DNA of 64,000 bases from the NCBI GenBank assembly GCA_022072225.1, contig JAJVIC010000007.1, positions 366,150-430,149 on the forward strand, given 5' to 3'. The stretch is from Bacteroidia bacterium. Lineage in GTDB: Bacteria > Bacteroidota > Bacteroidia > SXHM01. The number at the start of each line of letters is the position of its first letter. The first letter of the stretch is position 1. The translations under genes and the position numbers were made by a program. Shown piece after piece: positions 36,749 to 51,800 of this stretch. Below the pieces are notes generated by a model. That model did no database searches. It was not told where the DNA came from and saw nothing but the letters and a program-made list of their open reading frames with translations.

Positions 36749-36835
36749 ACAGTTTCAACAAAAAAGTCCACCGTTTCCGATGGACTTTTTCTGTGCCTGC
36801 CTTCTCGCAAAAAACAGACGCGGGGTTGAAAATAT

Positions 36836-39800
36836 TTATTCAAGTACCGTAACGTTTCCGGTGTTGCTGAAGCGGCCGTTTTCGTATTCCATACCTTCCC
36901 ATTGTGTTCCGTCCATGAAAGTTGCATCGGCTTTCCAGATGTAAGCACCCTGCGGAACAACTACTCCGTTGTAGCGACCGTCCCAGCCTTCAACCGGTTT
37001 GCCATCTACCAGCTTGCTTGATTCCCAGAGCAGGTTACCCCACTTGTCAAATATCATGCAGCGGTAAGTTGCAATGCCAATTCCTTTTGGCAGGAAGTAT
37101 CCGAAGTCGCCATCGCCACCAACTATAAATGCATTAGGCATATACAAACCTTTGAAAAGTTCTACTTCAACGGTTTGAACAATCGTGTCTGCACATCCTG
37201 CACCGCTTGTAGCAATCAGCATTACATCAAATTCACCGTTTTCAAGATAGTTGTTTATCGGGTTTTCAAGCGTTGAAGTATTTCCGTCACCAAACGACCA
37301 GTCGTAAGTTGTTGCACCTACTGAAAGATTGGTGAATTGTATTTGTCCGTCAGGGTCAACGATGTTGTAATAATCAGAAGTGAAATCAGCTACCGGTGTT
37401 TGGAATACAGTTACAGCCGAAGTCAATTCAAGCGTATCGTTACAGATACCTCCACCGCTTACTACCAATGTTACGTTGTATGTTCCCGGAATTTCATACG
37501 TGTGTGAAGGGTTGCTTAGCATGGATGTATCTCCATCACCGAAGTTCCAGTAGTAAGTAACACCATCAACTGAATTGTTGGTAAAGTTCACAGTATAAGG
37601 AGCGCAACCTGAATTTCCGCTCAGCGAGAAGGATGCGGTTGGTGCAGGATATACATTGTAAACATAAACCGCAGTATCCACACAACCGCTGGCAGAAGTA
37701 GCAGTCAACACAACCGTATAAGTTCCCGTAGAGTCGAAATTTGCCTGTCCGTTCGTGGTTGTTGAAGTTGTTCCGTTTCCGAAGCTCCATGAATACTGTG
37801 TTGCATTCACAGAAGTATTTGTGAAATCAACGGTTACTGGATAGGTACACGAGTAAGTGTTTGAAGAAGGAACAGTGAATGCAGCTACCGGAGGCGTACT
37901 GATTGTTACAGTTACGCTGTCCTGAGTTCCTGTGCAACCCAAACCATCAGTTACGGTAACTACATAGGTCGTAGGCACTGAAGGCAACACAATGTGTGAA
38001 GCACCATTTCCAAGACCGTTGTTCCAGGTATAAGTATAAACGCCATTACCACCGGTTGCCGTTGCAGAGATGGTAACACTGTCGCCAGCGCACACTACAT
38101 TTCCAACGCTGTTGATGTCAGCAACTATTTGCGAAGGTTGTGTGATGGTGATAGTTTGCGAAGCAGCGCATCCGTTTGCATCTGTGGCTACTACTACATA
38201 AATTCCGGCTGCAAGACCTGTTGCAGTTGCACCTGTGTTAGCGCTTGGTGTCCAGTCATAGGTGTAAGGGGTTGTTCCGCCAGTTACCAGAACAGTTGCA
38301 GTTCCGTTTGCACCACCGAAGCAGGTAGGTTGTGAACTTCCCGCCAACAACATTGACATGTTGCCCGGAGCAATAATGGTAACTGTTGTACTGTCTGAAC
38401 AACCGGCTGCATCAGTTACTACTACCGTATGAATACCCGAAGTAAGGTTGGTGGCAGTTGCTGTGGTTTGTCCGTTATCCCATGCATAGGTATATGTTGG
38501 AGTTCCACCGGTTACACCCACAGTTGCAATACCGGTTGCAGAACCACCGCACGCAGGTTGAACAATGTTGGTGATTGCAGGAACAAGGTTGGCAGGTTCG
38601 CTTACTGTGAATGAAAGATTAAGAGCACAGCCTGCTGAGTCGGTAACGGTTACAGAATAATCACCCGCCACCAGATTTATTGCAGGTATAGTTGATTGTC
38701 CGTTGCTCCATGAATAGGTATAAGGAGCATTACCTCCGGCAACATCAAAGCTGATGCTTCCGTTGTTTCCACCGTTGCAGGTTACATTATTTACATCTAC
38801 ATCACCGGCAGAAAGCACAGCGTTTTCAGTAATCACGAAGTTAACGATAGTGATACAGTTGTTGGCATCACGGATTGTAACAGAGTGCAACCCGGCAGGT
38901 AAATCAGTAGCTGTTACAGTAGTTTGTCCGTTATCCCAAATGTAAGTGTATCCCGGAATACCGCCCGACACATCAACAGTAGCTTCGCCTGTAGCACCTC
39001 CTGCACAGCCAACATTTACCTGATTAATAATAGTTGCAACCATTGCAGTAGGTTGAGTAATTACAACAGTTAATGAGGTATCGCAACCGCTGGCATCCGT
39101 AATCTGAACAGTGTAATCACCTGCGCCAACACCATTGAGGTCTTCCGTTGTTGTGCCGTTTGACCATAGATACGTGTAAGGAGCAGTTCCGCCAATTACA
39201 TCAATGAATGCCGCTCCATTGCTGCCACCGTTGCAGGTAACATCTAAAATTGTGTTTACTGAAGCTGTTAAGCTTGGTGGTTCGGTAATGTCTGCAAAAA
39301 CAGTTTCTGAGCAACCATTAGCATCTACCACAGTTACCTGATGAATACCGAAAGCGAGACCTGTTGCTGTTTGTGTAGTTTGTCCGTTGGTCCATGAATA
39401 GGTGTAAGGAGCAACTCCGCCTGTTACGTTAACCGTTGCAGAACCATCAGCCTGTCCGCTGCAACTTACTGTAGAAGTATTGCTGATAACCGCAGTTAAT
39501 TGTGCAGGGTCAACAACAAGAACGGTATCGGTAGCAGAGCAGCCGTTAGCATCTGTTGCAGTTACAATGTATGTTCCTGCAAACAGGTTAGAAGCAACAT
39601 CACCTGTTTGTCCGTTGCTCCATAAGTAAGTATAAGGAGCAGTACCGCCCGCAGGGCTTGCAGTAACCACACCGTTGTTTGCACCGAAGCATGAAAGATC
39701 TTCACCATTGAAATCAGAAGTTACATCAGCACTTACGGTGAGTGTTACAGGGTCAGCAATAATAGCTTGAATGCTGTCGCTGCAACCATTTGCATCGGTA

Positions 39801-42800
39801 ACTACTACACTATAAGTTCCTGCTGAAAGACCGGTTGCGGTGGCAGTTGTTTGTCCGTTATTCCAGGCATAAGCGTATGGAATGGTTCCTCCGTTTACTG
39901 CTACGGTAGCAGTTCCGTTGGCATTCCCGTTGCATGAAGGAGCACTTTGATCCGAAATGTTCAGTAATAGTTGAGCCGGCTCATTCACTACAATACTGAT
40001 AGTAGTATCGCAACCGAGGGAGTCTACAACTGTAATACTGTATGTTCCGGCAATCAAACCTGAAATATCCTGCGTTGTTGCACCGTTATCCCATGCATAC
40101 GTGAAAGGTGCAGTTCCGCCTGTAGGGGTTATGTCAATAGCACCGTCATTTCCACCGTTGCAACTTACATCGGTTACATCAATGTTCGAAGAAGTAATTT
40201 CAAGAGCCTGTGGTTCGCCAACAACAACGGTTAAGATTATGTTACATCCGTTGGTATCAGAAACCGTTACGGTATAAGTACCTGAAGCAAGTCCTGTAGC
40301 AGTAGCACCGGTTTGTGTGTTTGACCAATAGTAGAAGTAACCCGGAGTTCCGCCTGAGGCCTGTACTGTTGCATTTCCGTTTGTTGCACCGTTGCACGAA
40401 GGTTCAATTACAGAAACCACATCCGCAGTTAATACAGGAGGGTCAATCAGTGTTACAGAAACAGTGGTGTCGCATCCGTTGGCATCGGTTGTCGTTACAA
40501 AATATGTTCCGGCAGTCAAATCAGTAGCAAAGTAATCGGTTGATCCGTTTGACCACTGATAAGTATATCCTGGAGTTCCTCCATTTACCAATACTTCGGC
40601 AATACCATCAGCATCGCCTGTACAGGAAACATCGGAACCATTGTAGTCAGAGGTTACAGATGTATATGCAATAAGCGGATTAGGTTCACCGATTACAACA
40701 TTGGTGGTGGCAATACAACCATTGTTGTCGGTAACGCTTACGAAATATACACCAGCCTCCAGGCTATCGGCAGTAGCTGTGGTTATACCGTTGCTCCACA
40801 GATATTGGTAGCCGTTTGCACCACCTGTTGCTGCAACTGTTGCTGAACCATCAGACAGTCCATGGCAGCTAACGTCCTGCTGAGTAACTAATTCAACCTC
40901 TAACAATTCAGGTTCTGTAAGTGTTATGCTATCCTGAACAGAGCAGCCGTTTACATCGGTGATTGTTACATAGTAAGTGCCAGCGAAAACAAACTGTAAG
41001 TCTTCGGTAGTTGCAGTAAATCCGTTAGGACCAGTCCATGCATAATTGTAATCTACACAATCTGCTCCACCGGTTGCAGCAAGAGTAATGATACCGTTGT
41101 TGGTATTTGCGCAGTTGATATTCCAGCCACCTGAATTTACCGGACTTGTTAAACTGTCAACCGCAAGCGGTGCAGGTTCAGTTAAAGTGATTGAAGTTGT
41201 TGCTGTATTTCCAAGACCATCAGTTACAGTTACCGAATAGGTTGTTGCAGAAAGTCCGGTTGCTGTTTGTGAAGTTTGTCCGTTGCTCCATAAGAAGGTG
41301 TATGGCATGCAACCACCGGCAGGCATTGCTGTTGCGCTTCCGTCAGCGTTTCCGTTGCAGGCAACATTGTATCCGCAGTTGAATGTATCTGCAACTGCAG
41401 TAATCAATAGTGGATTAGCAAGCACAATAATGTCAAACGAGCAAGTTGTTGTATTTCCGGCAGCATCAATTGCTGTGTAGGTAACAGTTGTAGTTCCTAC
41501 AGGGAAATTATTTCCGGATTGGAAGTTCGAAGTAAATGAAGTTACTCCGCAATTATCTGCGGCAACAGGTATAGTCCATGTTACAGAAGGATTGCAGTTT
41601 GAACTGTCGGGCTGAATAGTGATGTCGGCAGGACAGAATGTAAATTCAGGAGCGATAACATCAGTTACTGTTACTGTTGCAAAGCAGTTGTCTGAGTTTC
41701 CGTTCACATCAACTACTGTCAGCGTTACCAAGTTCTCGCCAATGTTAGTGCAGTTGAAAGAAGGAGCAGAAACAAACATGGTATCAATTCCGCAGGCATC
41801 AGTAGAACCGTTGTCAATCTCAGCAGCAGTGATGTTTACCACACCGTTAGAGTCAAGTGCTACCGTGATATTTTGACAAATTGCATTCGGAGCAGTTGCA
41901 TCCACTACCGTTACAACAGAAGTGCAGCTATCCACATTTCCGTTCATATCGGTAACAACAAGGGTTACAGTATTTGCGCCAACATTCGAGCAATCGAATG
42001 TATTTGGTGAAACTGTGATGGAGGCAATTCCACACGCATCGAACGAACCGTTATCAACTTGTGATGGAACGATTGAAGTGTTTCCTGTTCCGTCAAGATT
42101 AATGGTAATGTCGCGGCAAATTGCAATCGGATCAACATTATCCTGAATAGTAACTATTGACTGACAAGTTGAAACATTTCCATTTACATCGGTTACAGTC
42201 AGCGTTACAGGGTTTGCACCAATTCCGGCACAAGTAAATGTGGAAGGATTAACAGTCATTGAAGCAATTCCACAGTTGTCGGATGAACCGTTATTTACTT
42301 GAGAAGCGTTGATGGTTGCTTGTCCGTTATTGTCGAGTTGAATAGTAATATCCTGGCAAAGTGCAATCGGGTCAACATCATCAACAATTGTTACGGTTGC
42401 AGAGCAGTAAGAAGAATTTCCGAAAGCATCTGTAACGGTTAAGGTAACAGTGTTTGCGCCAACATCTGAGCAATCAAAGTCAGTATCGCTGATAGCGTAA
42501 GTCAAACCATTGCCCGAAGTAGAGCAGTTGTCTGTTGAACCGCCATCAACATCCACTGCTGTGATAACTGCATTTCCGTTGGCATCAAGCTGAACGGTTA
42601 TGCTCTGACAAATTACAGTTGGTGAAACAGTGTCGGTAATTGTAACAACTGCATCGCACGAAGAAGAATTTCCGTTGGCATCTGTTACCGTTAATGTTAC
42701 GGTGTTTGCGCCAACGTTTGAGCAATCAAAGTTAGTTTGACTTGCAGTATATGTTAATCCTGAGCCTGAGGTTGAGCAGTTATCAGTTGTTCCGTTATCC

Positions 42801-45800
42801 AAATCAATTCCGGTGATTACCGCATTTCCGTTTGCGTCTAATTGAACGGTGATGTTCTGACAAACAATAGTTGGGCTGATTGTATCTTCAACCGTTACAA
42901 TCGCAGTACAGGTTGAAACATTTCCTGAGTTGTCGGTTGCAGTCAGCGTTACTGTATTCGCACCAACGTTTGAACAATCAAATGAAGAAGGAGAAACGCT
43001 GAGTGAAGCAATTCCGCAAGCAGCAGCAGTTCCGCCATCAACCTGTGCAGCAGTAATTACAACGTTTCCTGTTGCGTCTAACTGAACGGTGATGTCCTGG
43101 CAAACAACAGCAGGGGTGATATTATTTTCAACAGTTACAGTTGCTGTGCAGGTTGAGGAATTTCCGTAAGCATCGGTAACAGTTAATGTAACTGTGTTTG
43201 CGCCTTCATCTGAACAATCAAATGTTGTCTGGCTTGCAGAGAATGTTAATCCTGAATTGATGTCTGAACAATTATCGGTTGAACCGCCATCAATATCTAT
43301 TGCAGAAATAACAACCTGCCCGTTTGCATCCAACTGAACAGTTATGCTCTGACAGATTGCAACCGGTGAAACAGTATCGGCAACAGTTACAGTAGCATCG
43401 CAGGTAGATGAATTTCCAAAAGCATCCGTTACTGTTAATGTAATTGTATTCGCACCTATGTTTGAGCAATCGAATGAAGTCTGGCTTGCACTGAATGTTA
43501 AGCCTGAACCCGAACCAGAGCAGTTGTCGGTTGAACCTCCATCAATATCAACTGCTGTGATTACCGCATTTCCGTTTGCATCCAGCTGAACAGTGATGTT
43601 CTGACAAACAACACTTGGTGCAGTGTTATCTTCAATTGTAACAATAGCTGTGCAAGAAGAAGAATTTCCGTTGTTGTCAGTAACTGTTAATGTAACTGTG
43701 TTTGCACCTATGTTAGAGCAATCAAATGATGAAGGCGAAACAGTCATGTTTGCAATTCCGCAAGCATCAGCAGAACCGTTATCAACTTGCGCTGCAGTAA
43801 TTGTTGCATTGCCGTTTGCATCTAAATCAACAGTGATGTCCTGGCAAACCACAACAGGAGAAACTGTATCAGAAACATTCACTGTTGCTGTGCAGGTTGA
43901 AGAATTTCCGTAAGCATCAGTTGCAGTGAACGTAATCGTGTTCGCACCAATGTTTGAGCAATCAAATGCAGTTTCGCTCAGACTGAAAGTAAGACCTGAT
44001 GAAGTAGTGCTGCAATTATCGGTTGTTCCATTATCAACTTGTGCAGCAGTAATAACAACTTGTCCGTTTGCATCCAGTTCAACACTGATATTCTGACAAG
44101 CAACTACAGGAGCAACATTATCTTCAATAGTTACTGTAGCAGTGCAGGTTGTTGAATTTCCGCTTTGGTCGGTTACGGTTAATGTTACAGTATTTGCACC
44201 GATGTTTGAGCAATCGAATGTTGAAGGATTAACGCTTAATGTGACCGGTCCGCATTGGTCACCTGAACCGTTGTCAACTTGCGCAGCAGTAATAGTTGCA
44301 TTTCCGGTTGCATCTAACTGAACGGTGATATTCTGGCAAAGCGCCTGAGGAGCATTATTATCAAGAACTGTTACCGTTGCTGTGCAGGTGCTTTGGTTTC
44401 CGTTATTGTCTATTACAGTTAAGGTAACTGTGTTCGCGCCAACATTCGCGCAAGTAAATGTTGAAGGCGAAACACTCATTGCAGCAATTCCGCAGGCATC
44501 AGAAGAGCCATTGTTCACCTGCGCAGCAGTGATTGTTACAGAGCCGCCCGGATTTAATTGAACTGAAATATCCTGACAAATTGCTGTAGGAGCAACATTA
44601 TCCTGAACTGTTACAACCGCAGCGCAAGTAGCAGAGTTTCCATTCACATCGGTTACTGTCAGCGTTACATTATTGGCACCAATGTTTGCACATGTGAATG
44701 AAGAAGTGGAAAGCGACATGGAAGCAATTCCGCAGGCATCACTTGAACCGTTATCAACCTGTGCTGCTGCAATAGTTATGTTTCCTGTAGCATCTAAAGA
44801 AACGGTGATGTTCTGACAGTTTGCAACCGGATTAACATTGTCTTCAACAGTTGCAGTTGCCGTGCAAGTAGAAACATTTCCATTTACATCAGTAACAGTT
44901 AATGTAACGATGTTCGCGCCAATGTTTGCACAAGTAAATGTGTTCGGTGAAACGGTGATGCTTGCAATTCCGCAGGCATCAGAACTTCCGTTATCCACAT
45001 CACCGGCAGCGATGGTTACGTTTCCTGTTGCATCTAACTGTGCTGTAATGTTCTGACAAACTGCAAGCGGAGCAACATTATCTTCAACAGTAACAGTGGC
45101 TGTGCATTGTGAAGAATTTCCATTCACATCGGTAACAGTAAGCGTTACTGTATTTGCGCCAACTTCACCGCAGTCAAATGTTGTTTGACTTATGCTAAGT
45201 GAAGCAATTCCGCAGTTGTCGAATGAACCGCCATCAATATCGGCAGCAGTAATAGTTGTATTTCCAGTTGCATCCAACTGAACTGTTATATCCTGACAAA
45301 TAGCAGTTGGAGGTGTTCCTGCATTATCTTCTATTGTAATTGTTGCAGAACAGGTAGAAACATTCCCGTTTACATCAGTAACGGTCAATGTAACATTGTT
45401 CACTCCAACATTCGAGCAATCAAATGCAAGTTGAGATTGATTTCCGTCAAGTGTAATAGAAGCAATTCCGCAATTGTCGTTAGAACCATTGTCAATTTGT
45501 GCAGCAGTTACAACAACATCACCATTTGCATCTAAGGCAACTGTAATATTCTGACAAATTGCAGTTGGTGCAATATTATCTTCAACTGTTACTGTTGCAG
45601 TGCAGGTTGCAGTGTTTCCATTCAAATCGGTAACAGTTAATGTAACTGTATTTGCACCAACATTCGCGCAGTTGAATGTATTCGGTGAAACCGACATAGA
45701 AGCAATTCCGCAGTTGTCAAACGAGCCGTTGTCAACTTGAGCAGCAGTAATTGACGCATTTCCTGCAGCATCTAACTGAACAGTGATATTCTGGCAGATT

Positions 45801-48800
45801 GCAGTTGGAGGTGTGCTTGCATTATCCAGAACAGTAACGGTTGCAGAGCAAGTTGAAACATTTCCGTTCACATCGGTAACAGTTAAGGTAACCGTGTTCG
45901 CACCAACATTCAAACATCCGAAATTGATTTGCGATTGTCCGTTAATCTGAATAGAAGCAATTCCGCAATTGTCGGTTGAGCCGTTATTGATTTGTGCGGC
46001 TGTTACCACTACATTTCCTGTCGCGTCTAACTGAACAGTTATGTTTTGACAAATTGCAGTTGGGTCAACATTATCTTCAACGGTAACAGTAGCAGTGCAA
46101 GTAGAAACATTTCCGTTCACATCGGTTACTGTAAGTGTAACAGTATTCACACCAACATCAGAACAATCAAACGAAAGTTGTGATTGATTTCCGTCAAGTG
46201 TAATAGAAGCAATTCCGCAATTATCAGTTGAGGCGTTGTTGATTTGTGCGGCAGTTACTACCACATCACCGTTTGCATCTAACGCAACTGTAATATTCTG
46301 ACAAATGGCAGTTGGTGCAATATTGTCTTCAACTGTAATAGTTGCAAAACAGGTTGAAGAATTTCCGTTTACATCGGTAACTGTAAGCGTTACAGTATTC
46401 ACGCCCACATCACCGCAATCGTAAGCTAATTGTGCTTGTCCGTTGATTACGATTGAAGCAATTCCGCAGGCATCAGTGGAACCGTTGTTAATTTGCGCAG
46501 CAGTTACAACTATATTTCCGCTTGCATCTAATTGTGCAGTTATATTCTGACAAATTGCATTCGGTGCAATGTTGTCAACAACAGTAACATTCGCTGTGCA
46601 GGAAGTAGAATTTCCGCTCACATCAGTTACAGTAAGTGTAACGGTGTTGATACCAACATTCACACAACCGAAAGTGAATTGTGCTTGTCCGTTGATGGTG
46701 ATAGAAGCAATTCCGCAGTTGTCCGAAGAACCGTTATTAATCTGTGCAGCCGTTACAACCGCATTTCCGTTTGCATCCAGTGCAACAGTTATATTCTGGC
46801 AATTTGCAACAGGGGCGATATTATCCTGTATGGTTACGGTAGCTGTGCATTGCGATGAATTTCCGTTTACATCAGTAACTGTTAAGGTAACTGTGTTCGC
46901 GCCAACATTCGCGCAGGTAAATGTGTTTGGCGAAACACTCATACTGACAATTCCGCATGCATCAGAAGAACCGTTGTTTACCTGTGCGGCAGTGATGGAA
47001 GCATTTCCAGATGCATCTAACTGAATGGTGATGTTCTGGCAATTTGCAACCGGTGCAATGTTGTCAAGAATAGTAACAACACCGGTGCAGGTTGAAATAT
47101 TTCCGTTTACATCGGTAACTGTAAGCGTAACGTTGTTCGCGCCAATATTTGCACAAGTGAATGAATTTGGTGCAACGCTTACCGAAGCAACTCCGCAGTT
47201 ATCCGAAGAACCGTTGTTGATTTGCGCGGCAGTGATACTCGCAGTTCCTGCTGCATTCAGCGCAACAGTTATGTTCTGACAAATTGCAGTTGGCGCAATC
47301 AAATCCTGAACGGTTACTAACGATTGACAGGTTGCGGTATTTCCGTTGTTGTCAGTAACAGTTAATGTAACGGTGTTTGCACCAACATTCGCACATGTGA
47401 ATGATGAAGGTGAAACCGTCATGTTTGCAATTCCGCAGGCATCGGAACTTCCGTTATTCACCTGCGAAGCAGTAATAGAAACTGTTCCAGATGCGTCTAA
47501 CTGAACAGTGATATTCTGACAAGTTGCAACAGGAGGAACATTATCTACAACAGTTACTATTGCCGAACAAGTAGAGATGTTTCCGTTTACATCTGTAACA
47601 GTAAGTGTAACAGGATTTACACCAACACCTGCACAAGTGAATGAGTTTGGTGAAACCGACATGCTTGCAATTCCACAGGCATCGGTTGAGTTATTGTTGA
47701 TTTGTGCAGCAGTGATGGAAACGTTTCCTGTTGCATCCAAATTCACTGCTATATTCTGACAATTTGCAACCGGAGGAGTTATATCATTAACAGTAACTGT
47801 TGCCGTGCAGGTTGAAGAATTTCCACTTTGGTCGGTAACTGTGAGTGTTACTGTATTTGTACCAACATTTGCACACGTAAATGAATTCGGTGAAACAGAC
47901 ATGAAAACAATTGAACAGTTGTCGGTTGAGTTGTTGTTGATTTGCGCAGCGGTGATACTTGCAGTTCCTGCACTGTTCAGGTTCACTGTAATATTCTGAC
48001 ACAATGCAGTTGGAGCAATATTATCAACCACATTTACGGTTGAAGTGCAGGTTGAAGAATTTCCGTAGTTGTCGGTTACCGTCAGAGTAACTGTGTTGGG
48101 ACCAAGGTTTGCGCAAGTGAATGATGATGGTGTAGTGGTCATGCTTGCAATTCCACAGGCATCGGTGCTGCCATTGTCAATTTGTCCTGCGGTTACAGTA
48201 ACCGTTCCCGAAGAATTTAATTGTGCGGTGATGTTCTGACAAATTGCATTTGGTGCTACTGCATCGGTAATAGTGACTTGCGCAGTGCAAGTTGAAACAT
48301 TTCCGTTTACATCAACTGCAGTCAAAGTAACAGTGTTTAATCCTATATCAGAACAATCAAATGTATTTGGTGAAACAGTCAGTGATGAAAGTCCGCAGGC
48401 AGCGTTAGAGCCATTATTTACCTGTGAGGCTGTAATTACTGCGTTACCGTTTGCATCAAGAGACACCGTTATGTTCTGACAAATTACAACAGGCACAATA
48501 TTATTTTCAACTGTTACGGTTGCGGTACAGGTTGAAGAATTTCCGTTTACATCGGTTACACTGAGCGTTACAGTATTTGCACCAACATTAGAACAGTTGA
48601 ATGTATTGGGTGAAACACTTATACTTGCAATTCCACATGCATCCGAACTTCCGTTGTTTACATCGTTGGCAGTAATGCTTGCATTTCCTGAAGCATCTAA
48701 CTGAACTGTGATATTCTGGCAAACCGCAGTTGGCGCAGTAACATCATTTACAGTAACGGTTGCATTACAAGTTGTGATATTTCCGTTTACATCGGTAACG

Positions 48801-51800
48801 CTCAACACAACTGTATTTGTGCCAACGTTCGCGCAGGTGAAACTGTTAGGAGTAACGGTCATCATTCCAATTCCGCAAACATCAGAAGAACCGTTATTTA
48901 TTTGTGCAGCAGTAATTGTTGCAGTTCCCGCAGCATCCAGGTTAACCGAAATATTCTGGCAAATTGCAGTCGGAGGTGTTACATCGTTCACAGTAACTAT
49001 TGCCGAGCAGGTTGAAACGTTTCCGTGTATATCAGTAACAGTAAGTGTAACGTTATTGTTTCCCACATTAGCACAAGTAAATGATGAAGGCGAAACAGTT
49101 ATTGATAAAATTCCGCAGGCATCGGTTGAACCGTTGTTAACCTGTGCAGCAGTGATGAAAGCATTACCTGCGGCATTCAAATTCACACTTACATTTTGGC
49201 AAAGAGCAACAGGTGGAATATTATCTGTGATTGTAACCGTTGCTGTGCAGGTTGCAGTATTTCCGTTTACATCCGTAACTGTTAATGTTACGGTGTTTGC
49301 ACCAACGTTTGCACAAGTGAAGGAAGAAGGTGAAACCGAAAGCGAAGCAATTCCGCAGGCATCAGAGCTTCCGTTATTAACCTGTGCAGCAGTAATTGTT
49401 GCAGTTCCTGCGGCATTTAATGCAACAGTAATATTCTGACAAACAGCAATAGGAGCAACATTATCAACTACCGTTACAGTAGCTGTGCAAGTAGAACCAT
49501 TTCCATTATTGTCTGTAACTGTTAATGTAACGCTGTTGGCACCAATGTTTGCACATGTAAATGTATTTGGTGAAACTGAAAGCGAAGCTATTCCACAAGC
49601 ATCAGAACTTCCGTTGTTGATTTGTGCTGCTGTGATGGTAGCAGTTCCTGCTGCATTCAGGTTAACTGTAATGCTTTGACACAGTGCAACCGGAGCAATA
49701 TTGTCGATAACGGTAACTGTTGCCGAACAAGTTGAAGAATTTCCATTCACATCGGTAACTGTTAAAATTACAGTATTTGCGCCAATGTTAGCGCAAGTGA
49801 ATGTTGATGGCGAAACAGCTAAAGCAGCAATTCCGCAGGCATCTGAAGAAGCGTTGTTGATTTGAGCAGCAGTTATTGAAGCATTGCCTGTTGCATCTAA
49901 CTGAACACTTATATTCTGGCATTGTGCAACAGGAGCAATATTATCAACTACCGTTACTGTTGCGGTACAGGTTGAAGCGTTTCCGTTTACATCTGTAACA
50001 GTTAATGTAACTGTGTTTGCACCAACATTTGCACAGGTAAATGATGAAGGTGAAACCGAAAGCGTTGCAATTCCGCAGGCATCCGAACTACCGTTATTTA
50101 TTTGTGCAGCTGTTATACTTGCTGTTCCTGATGCATTCAGGTTTACGGGAATGTTTTGGCAAACTGCAATCGGAGGAGTTATGTCATTTACTGTTACCGT
50201 AGCTGTGCATGAAGAAGTGTTTCCGTTTACATCTATCGCTGTCAGTGTAACTGTATTTGCACCAACATTAGAACAGTTAAATGTTGAAGGTGTTACTGTT
50301 AATGAAGCTAATCCACATGATGCACTTGAACCATTATTTACCTGTGCGGCTGTGATAGAAACGGTTCCTGATGAGTTCAGATTAACTGAAATATCCTGAC
50401 AAACTACTGAAGGTGCTACATTGTTTTCAACAGTTACAGTTGAGGTGCAGGTTGAGATGTTTCCGTTTATATCGGTTACTGTAAGCGTTACTGTATTTGC
50501 ACCAACATTTGAGCAATCGAATGTGTTGGGTGTAACAGAAAGTGAAGCAATTCCGCAGTTGTCAGAACTTCCGTTATTGATTTGCGCAGCAGTAATTGAA
50601 CCGGCACCCGCAGAGTTTAGCTGAACGGTGATGTTTTGACAAACCGCAGTAGGAGCAGTATTATCAACTACCGTTACTGTTGCTGTGCAGGTCGAGACAT
50701 TTCCGTTTACATCGGTTACAGTCAGTGTAACTGTATTTGCACCAACATTAGAACAGTTAAAAGTGTTTGGTGTAACTGAAAGCGAAGCTATTCCGCAGGC
50801 GTCCGAACTACCGTTATTTATTTGTGCTGCAGTTATACTTACTATTCCTGCAGCATTTAGGTTTACGGTAATATTCTGACAAAGTGCAGTAGGAGCAACA
50901 TTATCCTGAACTGTAACCGTTGCAAGACAGGTTGAAACATTTCCGTTTACATCAGTTACCGTTAATGTTACTGTATTTGCACCAATATCAGAACAGTTAA
51001 ACGTATTTGGTGAAACAGTTGTTGTTGCAATTCCGCAGTTATCAGTTGAACCTCCGTCAACATCAATGGCAAGTATTGAAGTATTTCCACTGGCATCTAA
51101 CTGAACCGTTAAATTCTGGCAAACTGCTGTTGGTGCAATGTTATCAACTACTGTTACCGTAGCTGTACAGGTTGAAACGTTTCCGTTTACATCTGTTACG
51201 GTAAGCGTTACGGTGTTCGCACCAACATTGGCACAGGTAAATGAACTTGGCGAAACGGTTATAGAGGCAATTCCGCAATTATCAAAACTGCCGTTATTGA
51301 TTTGAGCTGCTGTAATGCTTGCCGCTCCTGCGGCATTCAAGTTTACAGTTAGGTTTTGGCAAAGTGCTGTTGGTGCAATATTTTCCTGAACCGTTACTGT
51401 TGCTGTGCAGGTTGAAGAATTTCCGCTGCCATCGGTTACTGTTAATGTTACCGTATTAGCTCCAACATTAGCGCACGTAAATGATGAAGGCGAAACAGTA
51501 ATAGATGCAATGCTGCAATTATCGGTTGAACCGTTGTTTATTTGTGTGGCATTGATAGTTGCTGCTCCTGCTGCATTCAACTGAACCGTTATATTCCTGC
51601 AAAGTGCAGTTGGTGCAATGTTGTCAACTACAGTTACAACTGCGGTGCAAGTTGATGTATTTCCGTTTACATCGGTAACGGTGAGTGTAACGTTATTGGT
51701 TCCAATGTTAGCGCAGGTAAACGTATTTGGAGAAACTGAAAGTGAAGCAATTCCGCAGGCATCTGAACTTCCGTTATTAACCTGTGCAGCTGTTATATTA

